Assembly (NCBI RefSeq): GCF_902459465.1
Contig: NC_047063.1
Coordinates: 7,254,001-7,318,000 of the forward strand
From: Asterias rubens
Lineage: Eukaryota
DNA: 64,000 nucleotides
Direction: 5' to 3'
This document shows, piece after piece, positions 63,907-64,000 of this stretch. The notes under the pieces are model-generated. The model was not told where the DNA came from and made no database searches. It saw only the letters and a program-made list of their open reading frames with translations. Positions within the stretch are counted from its first letter, which is position 1; each line of letters opens with the position of its first letter. A program made the translations under genes and the position numbers.

Positions 63907-64000
63907 GTGAGTTTATTATAAAATATTATTTATTATTATTTTGCATCTATGAAACAACTGATGTTTAAAATTACAAACCATACGCTGGAAGGGAGGGGTT

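Overview
AT-rich animal genomic DNA with spliceosomal introns. It is probably echinoderm, likely sea star; this is inferred from the receptor family and repeat content, not proven. The left half (1-33 kb) holds a tandem cluster of four intronless, minus-strand class A (rhodopsin-like) GPCR genes with very short N-termini, of the expanded 'galanin/allatostatin-receptor-like' putative chemoreceptor type. They sit among two young L2-type LINE copies and many MITEs (Kolobok-like TTAA, Harbinger-like CWG/AAT, hAT). The right half is a gene-dense block: SNRPF (-, 4 exons) head-to-head with MED20 (+, 5 exons), then a 63-aa TOMM6 homologue (+, 2 coding exons, absent from the ORF track), then a FAM194-domain (C3orf20/ERICH6-like) gene that runs off the window. 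Highlights: (1) the hidden TOMM6 gene lies next to MED20, as in human 6p21.1; (2) the GPCR paralogs are mosaics, nearly identical on the cytoplasmic face and divergent on the extracellular face; (3) the fourth GPCR is followed by a tandem array of copies of its own helix-8/C-tail; (4) four minimal Penelope-type hammerhead ribozyme motifs; (5) Harbinger MITEs in sites resembling the zebrafish Harbinger3_DR target consensus; (6) repeat-borne CTCF-like motifs between the receptor cluster and the housekeeping block. All coordinates and translations were read by hand and no database searches were run.
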